DNA of 64,000 nucleotides from an uncultured Desulfuromonadaceae bacterium (lineage in GTDB: Bacteria > SDB-A): the NCBI GenBank assembly GCA_964397545.1, contig CAYNIW010000003.1, forward strand, positions 134 through 64,133. The letters run 5' to 3'. Shown here piece after piece: positions 1-8,655 of the stretch. Below the pieces are notes generated by a model. That model saw only the letters and a list, made by a program, of their open reading frames with translations, was not told where the DNA came from and made no database searches. Numbering within the stretch: the stretch's first letter is position 1; each line of letters starts with the position of its first letter. Both the position numbers and the translations under genes were made by a program.

Positions 1-2
1 AA

Positions 3-2333
3 GTGATTTTTCTCGCCTCAACGCTGCTTGCCTGTCAGATAAACGCCGAAGCGCTGTTCGAAGAACACATACTGTTTCAGAATTTAGGCGGAGCTATTTC
101 AGACAAAGGCGTAGACCTCAACAATGACGGATTCACAGACATAGTCTATACTTCTTACCTCAACAACCACATAAAATGGTTCGAAAACGACGGAAATCAG
201 AACTTCACGGCTCATCTTATTGCTGAAAACTATTCCCACCCCAGAGCTGTCGACGCCGCTGATTTGGACGGGAACGGGACAATCGACCTAGTCTCGTCAG
301 GACAAAACAAAATTAGCTGGTTTTCAAACGACGGGAACGGAAATTTTACTGAAAACGTGATAACCACAAGCTGGTATGTTGTCAACGGAGTTCAGGTCAA
401 AGATCCGTTTACAGATTTAATAATTGACATCAACTCTGACGGAAAAGTCGACATACTGGCGACTTCATGCACTTCTGGCGTGCTTGGATGGTTCGAGAAC
501 GACGGATCGGGGAATTTCACAGAACATATAATAAAGGACAACTGGACCCTCGTCAGCGAGGCTTCGTCCGCCGACATTGACTCGGACGGAGACGTAGATA
601 TATTCGCCGCGGCTCAGGCTTCCGGGATATGGTGGTTTGAAAATGACGGAAACGAAAATTTCACTGAACATTTAATATTCAACGGATGGGTAAAACCCAA
701 CAGGATTCAGGCGGGTGACATAGACGGGGATGGCGATATGGATTTCGCGGCAGGTTCGTGCGGGACAAGTGCTGTTGTCGGGTGGTTTGAAAACGACGGA
801 AGCGAAAATTTCACATGCCATCCCCTGAGGACAAGTTTCGGAGGTCCTAGAACCCCTGTCCTCTGTGATGCCGACGGAGACGGCGATGTAGATATTTTCG
901 CGACTGCATGGTCTGCCTCGCTGACAATTTTTTTTGAAAACGACGGATCGCAGGATTTCTCCCAGCACGTCATCAGCACCGACGCCTGGGATCTTCTGGA
1001 CATCGACGCTGCCGACCTGGACTCTGACGGGGACATCGATTTGATAGGTGGAAGCGCCGAAGCCGCGTCAAACCAGCTGAGATGGTGGGAGAACATAGAT
1101 TCTTTCTGTATAGCTGATTTCGATATAGATATCAATTCAGGCCATGCACCTTTTACGGCTCAGTTTACCGACATGTCCTACAGCAAACCACCCGTGAACA
1201 GCTGGGCTTGGGACTTCAACTCCGACGGGACAATAGACTCTTACGAAGAAAATCCTCTCCACTCATTCTCTGCTCCAGGGATATACACAGTTACTTTGAT
1301 CTCCTCAAACTCATTTATTAGCGACACCTGCGTAATGGATGAGCTTGTGAGCGTATTTGACGGAGAGAGCGCTCTCAGATTTTACACTACTCTGAGTTCT
1401 GCTCTCTGCCCTGCTTCCCAGAGCATAAACATTACAGATTCCTTGACAATCGAAGCGTGGATCTATCCTACCGGGTGGGGATCCAACGCTTCTCTGGGAT
1501 ACGGGACGATCCTCGACAAAGTGAATTTTTCCCTCGTCCTATTTAAAAATGTCTACGGAGTCAACTGTCTCGGTTTTAAGCTCAAACACGAAGGAGGGCT
1601 CAACAGTCTCGCCGTAACACCGGATAATTCAATTTCTCTTAACGGATGGCAGCATGTTGCAGCTACATACAGCTATTCCGACGGCATCGTGAGAATATAT
1701 ATAAACGGAGTAGAGCAGGCGCTCACATTCAACCCCACCCCTTCCGGTAAAATTGCCGACAACACGACCTTAAGCCTCTCGATAGGTCTTTTACAGAATA
1801 ACAATTTTAGATTCGACGGTATCATTGATGAAGTGCGGCTCTGGAATGTAACAAGAACTCATCAGGATATTCTTGACAATATGTCAGGATGCCTGAATGG
1901 AAACGAAGAAGGGCTTTCCGGTTACTGGAAGATGAACGAGGGCAACGGAGACTCGCTATTTGACTGTTCGCCGAATCAAAACGATTTTTCACTGACTTTT
2001 GTAAAATGGGTTCAAGGAACTCCTTTTGACCCGACGGGAATTGAAGAAAACACAATACCTTTGATTCCTGTAGATGATTTTCATAGGTTTAAATGCCTAA
2101 CTCTTCCCGGCAATCGTTTTGAGGTCAGCTTTCTCCAGAACTCTGCGTGCGAGACCTCCCTTTCTCTATTTGACGTATCAGGCAGGGAAGTGAAAGAAAT
2201 ATTCAAAGGGATTCTCTATCCGGGGCTCAATACTCTATTTTTTGAATTGCATTCCATGCCTCTGGGGCAATACTTTTTGATGATAAAAACCGATAATAAT
2301 CTTTATTCTGCAAAAATTGCTCTATTCAAATAG
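3..2333 (+). CDS. Exported FG-GAP/VCBS repeat beta-propeller + PKD + LamG-like domain protein with T9SS/FlgD-type C-terminal sorting domain (5' end may lie before the window)
   Basis: About 7 repeats of D-x-D-x-D-G-D-x-D ... W-F-E-N-D-G-x-x-N-F-T-x-H; PKD motif SWAWDFNSDG; LamG motifs TIEAWIYP, WQHVAATY, FDGIIDEVRLWN; tail SLFDVSGREV...GQYFLMIK. The GTG at 3 may be internal. Confidence 0.8.
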   Translation: MIFLASTLLACQINAEALFEEHILFQNLGGAISDKGVDLNNDGFTDIVYTSYLNNHIKWFENDGNQNFTAHLIAENYSHPRAVDAADLDGNGTIDLVSSGQNKISWFSNDGNGNFTENVITTSWYVVNGVQVKDPFTDLIIDINSDGKVDILATSCTSGVLGWFENDGSGNFTEHIIKDNWTLVSEASSADIDSDGDVDIFAAAQASGIWWFENDGNENFTEHLIFNGWVKPNRIQAGDIDGDGDMDFAAGSCGTSAVVGWFENDGSENFTCHPLRTSFGGPRTPVLCDADGDGDVDIFATAWSASLTIFFENDGSQDFSQHVISTDAWDLLDIDAADLDSDGDIDLIGGSAEAASNQLRWWENIDSFCIADFDIDINSGHAPFTAQFTDMSYSKPPVNSWAWDFNSDGTIDSYEENPLHSFSAPGIYTVTLISSNSFISDTCVMDELVSVFDGESALRFYTTLSSALCPASQSINITDSLTIEAWIYPTGWGSNASLGYGTILDKVNFSLVLFKNVYGVNCLGFKLKHEGGLNSLAVTPDNSISLNGWQHVAATYSYSDGIVRIYINGVEQALTFNPTPSGKIADNTTLSLSIGLLQNNNFRFDGIIDEVRLWNVTRTHQDILDNMSGCLNGNEEGLSGYWKMNEGNGDSLFDCSPNQNDFSLTFVKWVQGTPFDPTGIEENTIPLIPVDDFHRFKCLTLPGNRFEVSFLQNSACETSLSLFDVSGREVKEIFKGILYPGLNTLFFELHSMPLGQYFLMIKTDNNLYSAKIALFK

Positions 2334-2960
2334 ATGATGCATAATAAACATTCTATGAACAGAAAACAGAGGGAAATAGAACAAAGAAGAGAGACAATGC
2401 TGAAGACGGCGAAGGAACTCTTTCTCAAAAAGGGCTACGACGCCGTCTCTCTCGCGGAAATCGCCGAAAAAGCTGAATTTTCAAGAATTACCATTTATTC
2501 ATATTTTAAAGGAAAAACCGATATCCTCGTGGCTATAATCGCCGAAGCTTTTCTTGAAGGGATTCAAAAATACGCTCTTATGATAAAGGACAAAAAATCC
2601 TGTTACGAAAAACTCAAATCTTACGGAATTCACGAATACAGGACATTCAGACAGCATCCCCAGTATCATCTCCTGATAGTCCGTTTTCGCCAGCACAGGC
2701 TCGAAAAAGAGAATATATCCGACAGGAACCTTGATCTTTTGAGAAAAAGCGACGAAATAGCGTTCAATCTCTTTTCTGAGATTATCAACGAAGGCATTAG
2801 TAAAGGAGAGTTCAGAGACGACCTCGACATTGAACTCTCGCGCCACTTTTTCTCAAAAGCCGTTTTCGCTATAGTCCATCCATATGTCTTCAGAACAACG
2901 AAAGATTTATCAAAACTCGAAATTGAGATTGATTATCTCCTACGGGCTTTCACTCCATGA
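2334..2960 (+). CDS. TetR/AcrR family transcriptional regulator
   Basis: N-terminal HTH: AKELFLKKGYDAVSLAEIAEKAEFSRITIYSYFKGK; 208 aa. Confidence 0.9.
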   Translation: MMHNKHSMNRKQREIEQRRETMLKTAKELFLKKGYDAVSLAEIAEKAEFSRITIYSYFKGKTDILVAIIAEAFLEGIQKYALMIKDKKSCYEKLKSYGIHEYRTFRQHPQYHLLIVRFRQHRLEKENISDRNLDLLRKSDEIAFNLFSEIINEGISKGEFRDDLDIELSRHFFSKAVFAIVHPYVFRTTKDLSKLEIEIDYLLRAFTP

Positions 2961-3101
2961 CTATGTAATAATTTTATACAAAAACAGACGAGAAAACATG
3001 AACTCATTATCGGACAGGAATCTGAAAAAATAAAATTTATATAATTGTCGGAATATTTGAACTTTGCTTCCGGTAATAGATGTAAAAAACCGGAGGTATT
3101 T

Positions 3102-4589
3102 ATGACAGGGAAAAAAATCATTTTGCCCAAAATCGTTTTCTCAGCTTTTTTTCTTCTTCTTTCAAACGCCATACTATGCATGGAAAACCAGATAATTGAA
3201 TTTATATCAAAAATTCAGTCAGACATGCTGGTTCAATCCTATTACTATTCTGATGAGATTGAGGGGGCTCCATGCGTAATCAAAGATCCTTCGGAATACG
3301 CCTCTTACAGGCCTTCATTCTTCGAAACAGACGAGGATATGAGAGGATGGGTTCTCCCTCTTCCTGAAGGGCTTCCTCTTGCGACTCCCGCTTATGATAA
3401 CGGCACTCTGTTCGTCGGTGGCGGTTTCGGCTCATATTCCTTCTATGCGGTTGACGCTGAAAAGGGAACAATAAAGTGGGCGGTTCACACCGGCGATGAC
3501 GGGCCCACCGCGGCAGTCGTAAAAAACGGCATAGTAGTCTTCAACACAGAATCTTGCATAATATACGCTTTGAGAGCCCGTGACGGACAAAACCTTTGGC
3601 AGCACTGGCTCGGCGATCCGCTCATGAGTCAGCCGGCGATATCGGGGAACAAGGTTTTCATGGCTTATCCCGGCCGGAACGGACATGTCTTGGCATGCTT
3701 CGATCTTTTTACAGGAAGAAAAATCTGGAGCAAGAGTATTGTTTCGGATATTATTTCCGCTCCGGTTGTCTGCGGAACTGAGGTTTTTCTATCGAGTTTT
3801 GACGGAATGGTCTATTCCTATGACATCAATGACGGGAAAGAACTGTGGCGTGAAAATTACAACGCAAGCTCAGCTCCTTGGGTTCACGGCGACAGAATAT
3901 ACACAAGCATGAGACAAGACGAAGAAACAATGAATTCTTCTGGAGAAGTCGTTCGGCAGAGATATGAAGGTTTCGGATATTTGTCGAGAGGAACCGGAAG
4001 ACAGCTCAACGAAACGCAGATAAGCTACATTATGGCTGACTATCTCAACGCTGACAGGACATCGGCTTCAGCTCAAGAGCAGGCTGATCTCGACGCCCAA
4101 GTCGGTTTTTCAACAGCTCCCGCGACGGCTATGCTTTCGCTTGCAGAAGATAATGTTGGCGTGCATACTGTGTCCGGAGCATGGTCCTATCAAGGTTCAA
4201 GACCAGTCATATATGATTCCGACCTTTTCAGTTCACAGGGCAATCTGTTGAGAAGGAATGATCCTGTCTCAGGCGAAAAAATATGGGAGTTTGAATATCC
4301 CGACACTGCAGGATTCGGTAGGTCTTTAACCCCCCCTGCCATCGTAAACGGGAAGATATTTGTGGGAAGCGTTTCAGGCGAGATCTTCTGCATTGACGCC
4401 CAAACAGGAAAAGTGATTTGGAGTTACTCATGCGGAGAACCCGTGGTTTTTCAGCCTTCGGTCATGGACGGTAAAGTTTTCTGGGGCACTACGCGCGGAA
4501 AGTTATACTGTATCGACACCGGCGAAAGAGAAAACACGGGCTGGGCTATGTGGGGCGGCAACAGCGAACACAACGGCTGGGCAGAATAA
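3102..4589 (+). CDS. Exported PQQ-binding-like (BamB-type) beta-propeller repeat protein
   Basis: Trp-docking repeats (AVDAEKGTIKW, FDLFTGRKIW, IDAQTGKVIW); signal-like N-terminus. Start moved from 3045 to the ATG at 3102, which follows GGAGGT. Confidence 0.8.
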   Translation: MTGKKIILPKIVFSAFFLLLSNAILCMENQIIEFISKIQSDMLVQSYYYSDEIEGAPCVIKDPSEYASYRPSFFETDEDMRGWVLPLPEGLPLATPAYDNGTLFVGGGFGSYSFYAVDAEKGTIKWAVHTGDDGPTAAVVKNGIVVFNTESCIIYALRARDGQNLWQHWLGDPLMSQPAISGNKVFMAYPGRNGHVLACFDLFTGRKIWSKSIVSDIISAPVVCGTEVFLSSFDGMVYSYDINDGKELWRENYNASSAPWVHGDRIYTSMRQDEETMNSSGEVVRQRYEGFGYLSRGTGRQLNETQISYIMADYLNADRTSASAQEQADLDAQVGFSTAPATAMLSLAEDNVGVHTVSGAWSYQGSRPVIYDSDLFSSQGNLLRRNDPVSGEKIWEFEYPDTAGFGRSLTPPAIVNGKIFVGSVSGEIFCIDAQTGKVIWSYSCGEPVVFQPSVMDGKVFWGTTRGKLYCIDTGERENTGWAMWGGNSEHNGWAE

Positions 4590-4596
4590 ACTTATG

Positions 4597-5646
4597 TTAT
4601 TGAAGTTCAATTCTGCCCTTATTTTCTGTGATTTCTCCTATCAAAGAACCTTTTACTCCTTTTGACGCGAGTTCTTCGATATACCCTCGAGCATCTTTTA
4701 TGGCAAGAAGAAGCCCGCCCGAGGTCTGTGGATCGAACAATATTTCAAAAATCAGGTCGTCAACTTTTGAAAAGCGATCCACTTGGCATCCGAAAGCTTT
4801 TTTATTCGCACCTGCCCCTCCTGGAATCATACCCGATGACGCATGCTCAAGGACGGAAGAAAAAAGCGGAACCTCCGAAGACTTTATCAGCGCTCCTTTT
4901 CCCGAACCTCCGAGCATTTCACTGAGATGGCCTATTAATCCGAATCCCGTGACATCCGTGCAGGCGCTCGGAAAATATTTTTTTGCCGTTTCCGAAGCGG
5001 TTTTATTGAGAAAAGACATGGATAGGACAATTTCAGCTTCGTCTTTCTCATCTGACATTCCGGCTTTTATCGCTGTCGATACTATTCCTGTGCCGAGGGG
5101 CTTTGTCAGGACAATGCCGCACCCCGACTCCGGTGTGTTGTTACGCCAAAAATAATTCGGATGAACGATCCCTGTGACTGAAAGTCCGAACTTTAGTTCT
5201 TTGTCATCAATAGAATGTCCGCCAATCAAAAAAGCCCCCGCTTCTTCTACGGCGCTGAGTGCTCCGGCGAGTATTTTCCTGAAAACCCCGCTTTTAAGTT
5301 TGGCGACAGGGAAAAGACAGACATTTAATGCCGTCAGAGGTTCGCCGCCCATGGCATAAACGTCACTCAAAGAATTAGCCGCGGCAATCCTTCCGAATGA
5401 ATACGGATCGTCGACAATCGGAGTTATGAAATCTACTGTCTGAACAAGAGCTGTTTCTTCATTCAGTTTTATGACTCCGGCGTCGTCGGAACTCTCAATG
5501 CCGACCAATACTTTAGGCGCTTTTCCGACATCCAGCCCTCTGAGCAGGTCTCTTAGGTCGCACGGACCTATTTTCGCCGCTCAACCGGCTTTTTCGGCGA
5601 ATTTAGTCAGAAAGATTTTTTCTATCTGGTCCACCTGTCTCCTCAT
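4597..5646 (-). CDS. selD: Selenide, water dikinase (selenophosphate synthetase), selenocysteine-containing form
   Basis: The frame extends past the ORF-track start (5508) through an in-frame TGA at 5583-5581: MRRQVDQIEKIFLTKFAEKAG-U-AAKIGP...SSDDAGV...TVDFITPIVDDPYSFG...DVTGFGLIGH. G-U-A-A-K matches the SelD catalytic G-[C/U]-x-x-K motif. Alternative start is GTG at 5634. Confidence 0.95.
5554..5570 (-). promoter_or_regulatory. Bacterial SECIS-like hairpin of selD
   Basis: Minus strand UAGGUC-CGUGC-GACCUA: perfect 6-bp stem with a G-containing loop, starting 10 nt after the in-frame UGA. Confidence 0.8.
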
Positions 5647-5647
5647 T

Positions 5648-5878
5648 TCAAAGTTTTATGATTTCCTTTACTTCTAAACCGATGATTTCTATTCCTTCCC
5701 TGACCGCAACGCAGTCTTTCCATAGAAAACGAAGACTCGTTCCGCAGTCCGAATCAATATGACGAGGAGTCGGGACCAATTTTAGCGGAATATTCTTTGA
5801 CTTTAAGTGTCTTTCGAGTTTAAAAGCCGAAGAAACCGAATGAAACAAAACGACTCCGAAAACTTCTTTCTCAGACAT
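5648..5878 (-). CDS. DUF3343 domain small protein (putative Se/S carrier-like)
   Basis: VVLFHSVSSAFKLERHLK...LVPTPRHIDSDCGTSLRF; lies between the aminotransferase and selD; ATG at 5878 overlaps the upstream stop. Confidence 0.8.
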   Translation of the reverse strand: MSEKEVFGVVLFHSVSSAFKLERHLKSKNIPLKLVPTPRHIDSDCGTSLRFLWKDCVAVREGIEIIGLEVKEIIKL

Positions 5879-7040
5879 TTTTGCATTTCCCCGCAATTTC
5901 TTTCATCGCTTTTACGGTATAATCGATTTGGTCTTCTCCTGTGAAATAACCCGGCGCCAGACGAATAGTCCCGTCCGGATAAGTGCCTATAGTTCTGTGG
6001 CATGACGGACTGCAGTGCAGGCCCACCCTGGTCTGTATTCCGTAATTCTCATCGAGGATGTATCCGGCGTCGCTGACGCTGACACCTTCGATAGTCACTG
6101 AAAAAGTGCCGGACTGTTTTTGGGGCGAAAATGATCTGTATATTTTCAAACCTGGTATTTCTTCAAGGGATTCCGTGAACCTTGAAAATTTTTTTCTCGC
6201 CTCATCGAGTATATTTTCAAGTCCCGTCTTTTTTATCCATCTCAGGCCGGCTAAAAGTCCCGCCACTCCCACCGCGTTCATAGTCCCGCTTTCAAGTTTA
6301 TCCGGAAAAAAAGAGGGTTGGCATTCTTCAGCCGAAAAACTTCCTGTCCCTCCCCTTTTTAGAGGCCTAATATCTTTTTCTTTTACTCTATCGCTTAAAA
6401 GTAGAGCCCCTATTCCCATCGGTCCATACAGCAATTTATGACCCGTGACTGCGAGAAGGTCTATTTTCATCTTCCGCATGTCGATTTCGAATTCTCCCGC
6501 GCTCTGAGCCGAATCGACGAGAAATAAAACACCGCTCTCGCGTGATATTTCGCCTATTTCCTTGACGGGCGCGAGAGAACCTATTACGTTGGAGCAGTGA
6601 TTGACTACAAACATTTTAGTGTTCTTCTTTAGTGCTTTATTGAAATCGCTTGGATCAATTTCGCCTTTCTCGGAAGACCTGACAACTGTATATTCAACGG
6701 ACATTTTATCTCTGAGAAAATTCAAAGGTCTCATCACCGCGTTGTGCTCGAGCGAAGTTGTGACGACGTGGTCTCCGGGATTCAAAAGACCGAAAAGGGC
6801 TGTATTTATTGATTCTGTAGCGTTGAGCGAGAATACGACCTTCAGAGGATCATCCAATCCGAAAAAACCGGCCATTTCTTCACGGCATTCATAAGTCATG
6901 CGTCCGGATTCAACCGACATCCGGTGCGAACCCCTTGAAGGGCTCGCTCCCGGATATTCCATAAAAGCCTTCACTGCCTCAATAACCTCAGGCGGTTTCG
7001 GCCAAGAAGTTGCAGAGTTGTCGAGATATATACACTTCAT
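5871..7040 (-). CDS. Class V PLP aminotransferase (cysteine desulfurase / selenocysteine lyase family)
   Basis: YLDNSATSWPKP, EHNAVMRP, VDSAQSAG, TGHK (PLP Lys), RVGLHCSP (catalytic Cys). Confidence 0.9.
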   Translation of the reverse strand: MKCIYLDNSATSWPKPPEVIEAVKAFMEYPGASPSRGSHRMSVESGRMTYECREEMAGFFGLDDPLKVVFSLNATESINTALFGLLNPGDHVVTTSLEHNAVMRPLNFLRDKMSVEYTVVRSSEKGEIDPSDFNKALKKNTKMFVVNHCSNVIGSLAPVKEIGEISRESGVLFLVDSAQSAGEFEIDMRKMKIDLLAVTGHKLLYGPMGIGALLLSDRVKEKDIRPLKRGGTGSFSAEECQPSFFPDKLESGTMNAVGVAGLLAGLRWIKKTGLENILDEARKKFSRFTESLEEIPGLKIYRSFSPQKQSGTFSVTIEGVSVSDAGYILDENYGIQTRVGLHCSPSCHRTIGTYPDGTIRLAPGYFTGEDQIDYTVKAMKEIAGKCKNV

Positions 7041-7259
7041 TTATTTCGACAATTTTACCTTGAATTCGCCGCCGTTTGAAACTTCAATTTCAGCATGAAA
7101 ACCTTTTTTTTCCGCCGCTCTTCTGACGTTGTCTCTCGAAGTCGTAGTGTCCACGAGGACGATTATGATTCCATCTTCGTATTTTTTTATCGCATCAAGA
7201 GTCTCCAGAACCGGCTGAGGGCATGAAAGACCTCTGGCGTCTACCAAAACATCCTGCAT
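7041..7259 (-). CDS. TusA/SirA/YedF-family sulfur/selenium carrier
   Basis: VDARGLSCPQPV motif; 72 aa; adjacent to yedE. Confidence 0.85.
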   Translation of the reverse strand: MQDVLVDARGLSCPQPVLETLDAIKKYEDGIIIVLVDTTTSRDNVRRAAEKKGFHAEIEVSNGGEFKVKLSK

Positions 7260-7260
7260 T

Positions 7261-8391
7261 TCAATCTCCTTTTTTTGTTCTGACGCTCTTCATCGTAACT
7301 CCGACGATAACGCAGAAAATCAATCCTATTATCACTGCGTATTTCCCGAAAAGCCCGGGTCCTCCAATTATTAGCTTTCCCGTTTCAGACAATTTATCGG
7401 GAGATGACGCGAGAAGAAAATTGTGTGAAAATCCTGCGCCGACGATCATACCTAAGACGAAAACACCCGCGTCCTGATCGCCTTCTCCGGACAAGAACAA
7501 CTGCCGGCCGGGGCACCCTCCGGCGAGGGCGAAAGCCAACCCCGCCAAAGACATGCCGAGAAAATTCCACAGATGAGAAGAGTGCGAGACTGGCTGTAAG
7601 GCAATACCCGCGTGAAACTGTTTCAGGAAGATATTAAGGATAAAAGCCGCGAGAACAAGTGCAGTTACACCGCTTAACAGGTGAAAATCTTTAATAAGGA
7701 CCGCGTCTCTGAACGCCCCCATTGTGCAGAATCTCGATCTCTGGGCTATCGCGCCTATCAAAAGACCCGCTCCGAGCGATATAGACAAAGGGGCGAATTT
7801 GGACCCGGGACCGCTCTCGCTGAAAAATATCGGAGCTCCTTGACCGAAAGAGACCTTAAAGACGAGAAAGAGCAGAAGAACAATCATAAAAAATGGGAAT
7901 ACCAACCCTCCAGTCGCGGAAGTTTTGACGCTTTTACCCAGAGAATATCCTCTTTTGAGAAAAATAGCGCCGAGGACAACTCCGGCGAAAAGACCGAGAA
8001 TACCGGATATCGCGTTTAAGTCGCCGCCTGAAAGCCTGAGAAGGGCTCTCCAGGGACACCCTAAAAATATGAGAGCTCCGGTCATGGCGAAAACCCCGAG
8101 AAAAAACCTGACTACGGGAGAAGAACCGCCTCTCGGTTTGAATTCCCTGAAAAAAATAGCAGATAAAAGAGCCCCCAGGACAAAGCCTATGATCTCGGGC
8201 CTAATATACTGGACAACTCCGTTTCTGTGCAGGCCGATAGCGCCTGTAATGTCTCTCTCGAAACATGCGACACAGACGCCCATATTTGCGGGGTTGCCGA
8301 ATTTCTGAAGAAAAACGGCAATAACTCCGATTAAAGCGCCGGAAAATACGATTCCCAGCCACGACGCGAAAAATCTCGTGACCTTAACCAC
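7261..8391 (-). CDS. yedE: YedE/YeeE family putative selenium transporter membrane protein
   Basis: GNPANMGVCVACFERDI, LGCPWRA, RSRFCTMG, LAGGCPGRQL motifs; multi-pass hydrophobic; GTG start after AAGGAG. Confidence 0.9.
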   Translation of the reverse strand: MVKVTRFFASWLGIVFSGALIGVIAVFLQKFGNPANMGVCVACFERDITGAIGLHRNGVVQYIRPEIIGFVLGALLSAIFFREFKPRGGSSPVVRFFLGVFAMTGALIFLGCPWRALLRLSGGDLNAISGILGLFAGVVLGAIFLKRGYSLGKSVKTSATGGLVFPFFMIVLLLFLVFKVSFGQGAPIFFSESGPGSKFAPLSISLGAGLLIGAIAQRSRFCTMGAFRDAVLIKDFHLLSGVTALVLAAFILNIFLKQFHAGIALQPVSHSSHLWNFLGMSLAGLAFALAGGCPGRQLFLSGEGDQDAGVFVLGMIVGAGFSHNFLLASSPDKLSETGKLIIGGPGLFGKYAVIIGLIFCVIVGVTMKSVRTKKGD

Positions 8392-8436
8392 GCCTCACTC
8401 CTTTCACGATTGAATTTCTACAGGAAACGTAAAATC

Positions 8437-8454
8437 TTCCGCCCCTCGGCGGAA
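8437..8454 (-). other. GC-rich hairpin in the selenium-operon leader (terminator, attenuator or SECIS-like; function unresolved)
   Basis: UUCCGCC-GAGG-GGCGGAA: perfect 7-bp stem followed by GAUUUUACGUUU, 45 nt upstream of the yedE start. Confidence 0.45.
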
Positions 8455-8612
8455 ATATATAAATGTCAGGGATTTTTAATACTTCAGGAGATATTCTCAA
8501 AAGAGAAAGCAGAGCAGAAAACATTTTCGCGGTTTTCTTTCAGGACCCAACTGGTCTTTTTTCTGCCGTCTCAAATACGCAGGATTGTATTATAGTTTTT
8601 AACCATAGAGAA

Positions 8613-8641
8613 ATAGTAAACAATGAATTATTTTATGTCAA
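8613..8641 (-). promoter_or_regulatory. Sigma70-type promoter of the selenium operon
   Basis: TTGACA (8641-8636), 17-bp spacer, TACTAT (8618-8613); predicted start site near 8606. Confidence 0.7.
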
Positions 8642-8655
8642 TACAATAGTGTGTC

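Noticed and set aside
100-1100. DNA-level repeats (tggtttgaaaacgacgga-like) as a CRISPR array
   Set aside because: They are degenerate, in frame and encode FG-GAP repeats; no cas genes and no identical repeat-spacer structure.
2331-2336. In-frame TAG-ATG junction between the FG-GAP protein and TetR as amber/pyrrolysine readthrough
   Set aside because: A fusion would bury a C-terminal sorting signal and join an exported protein to a DNA-binding one; zero-gap junctions recur in this compact genome (7040/7041, 31321/31322).
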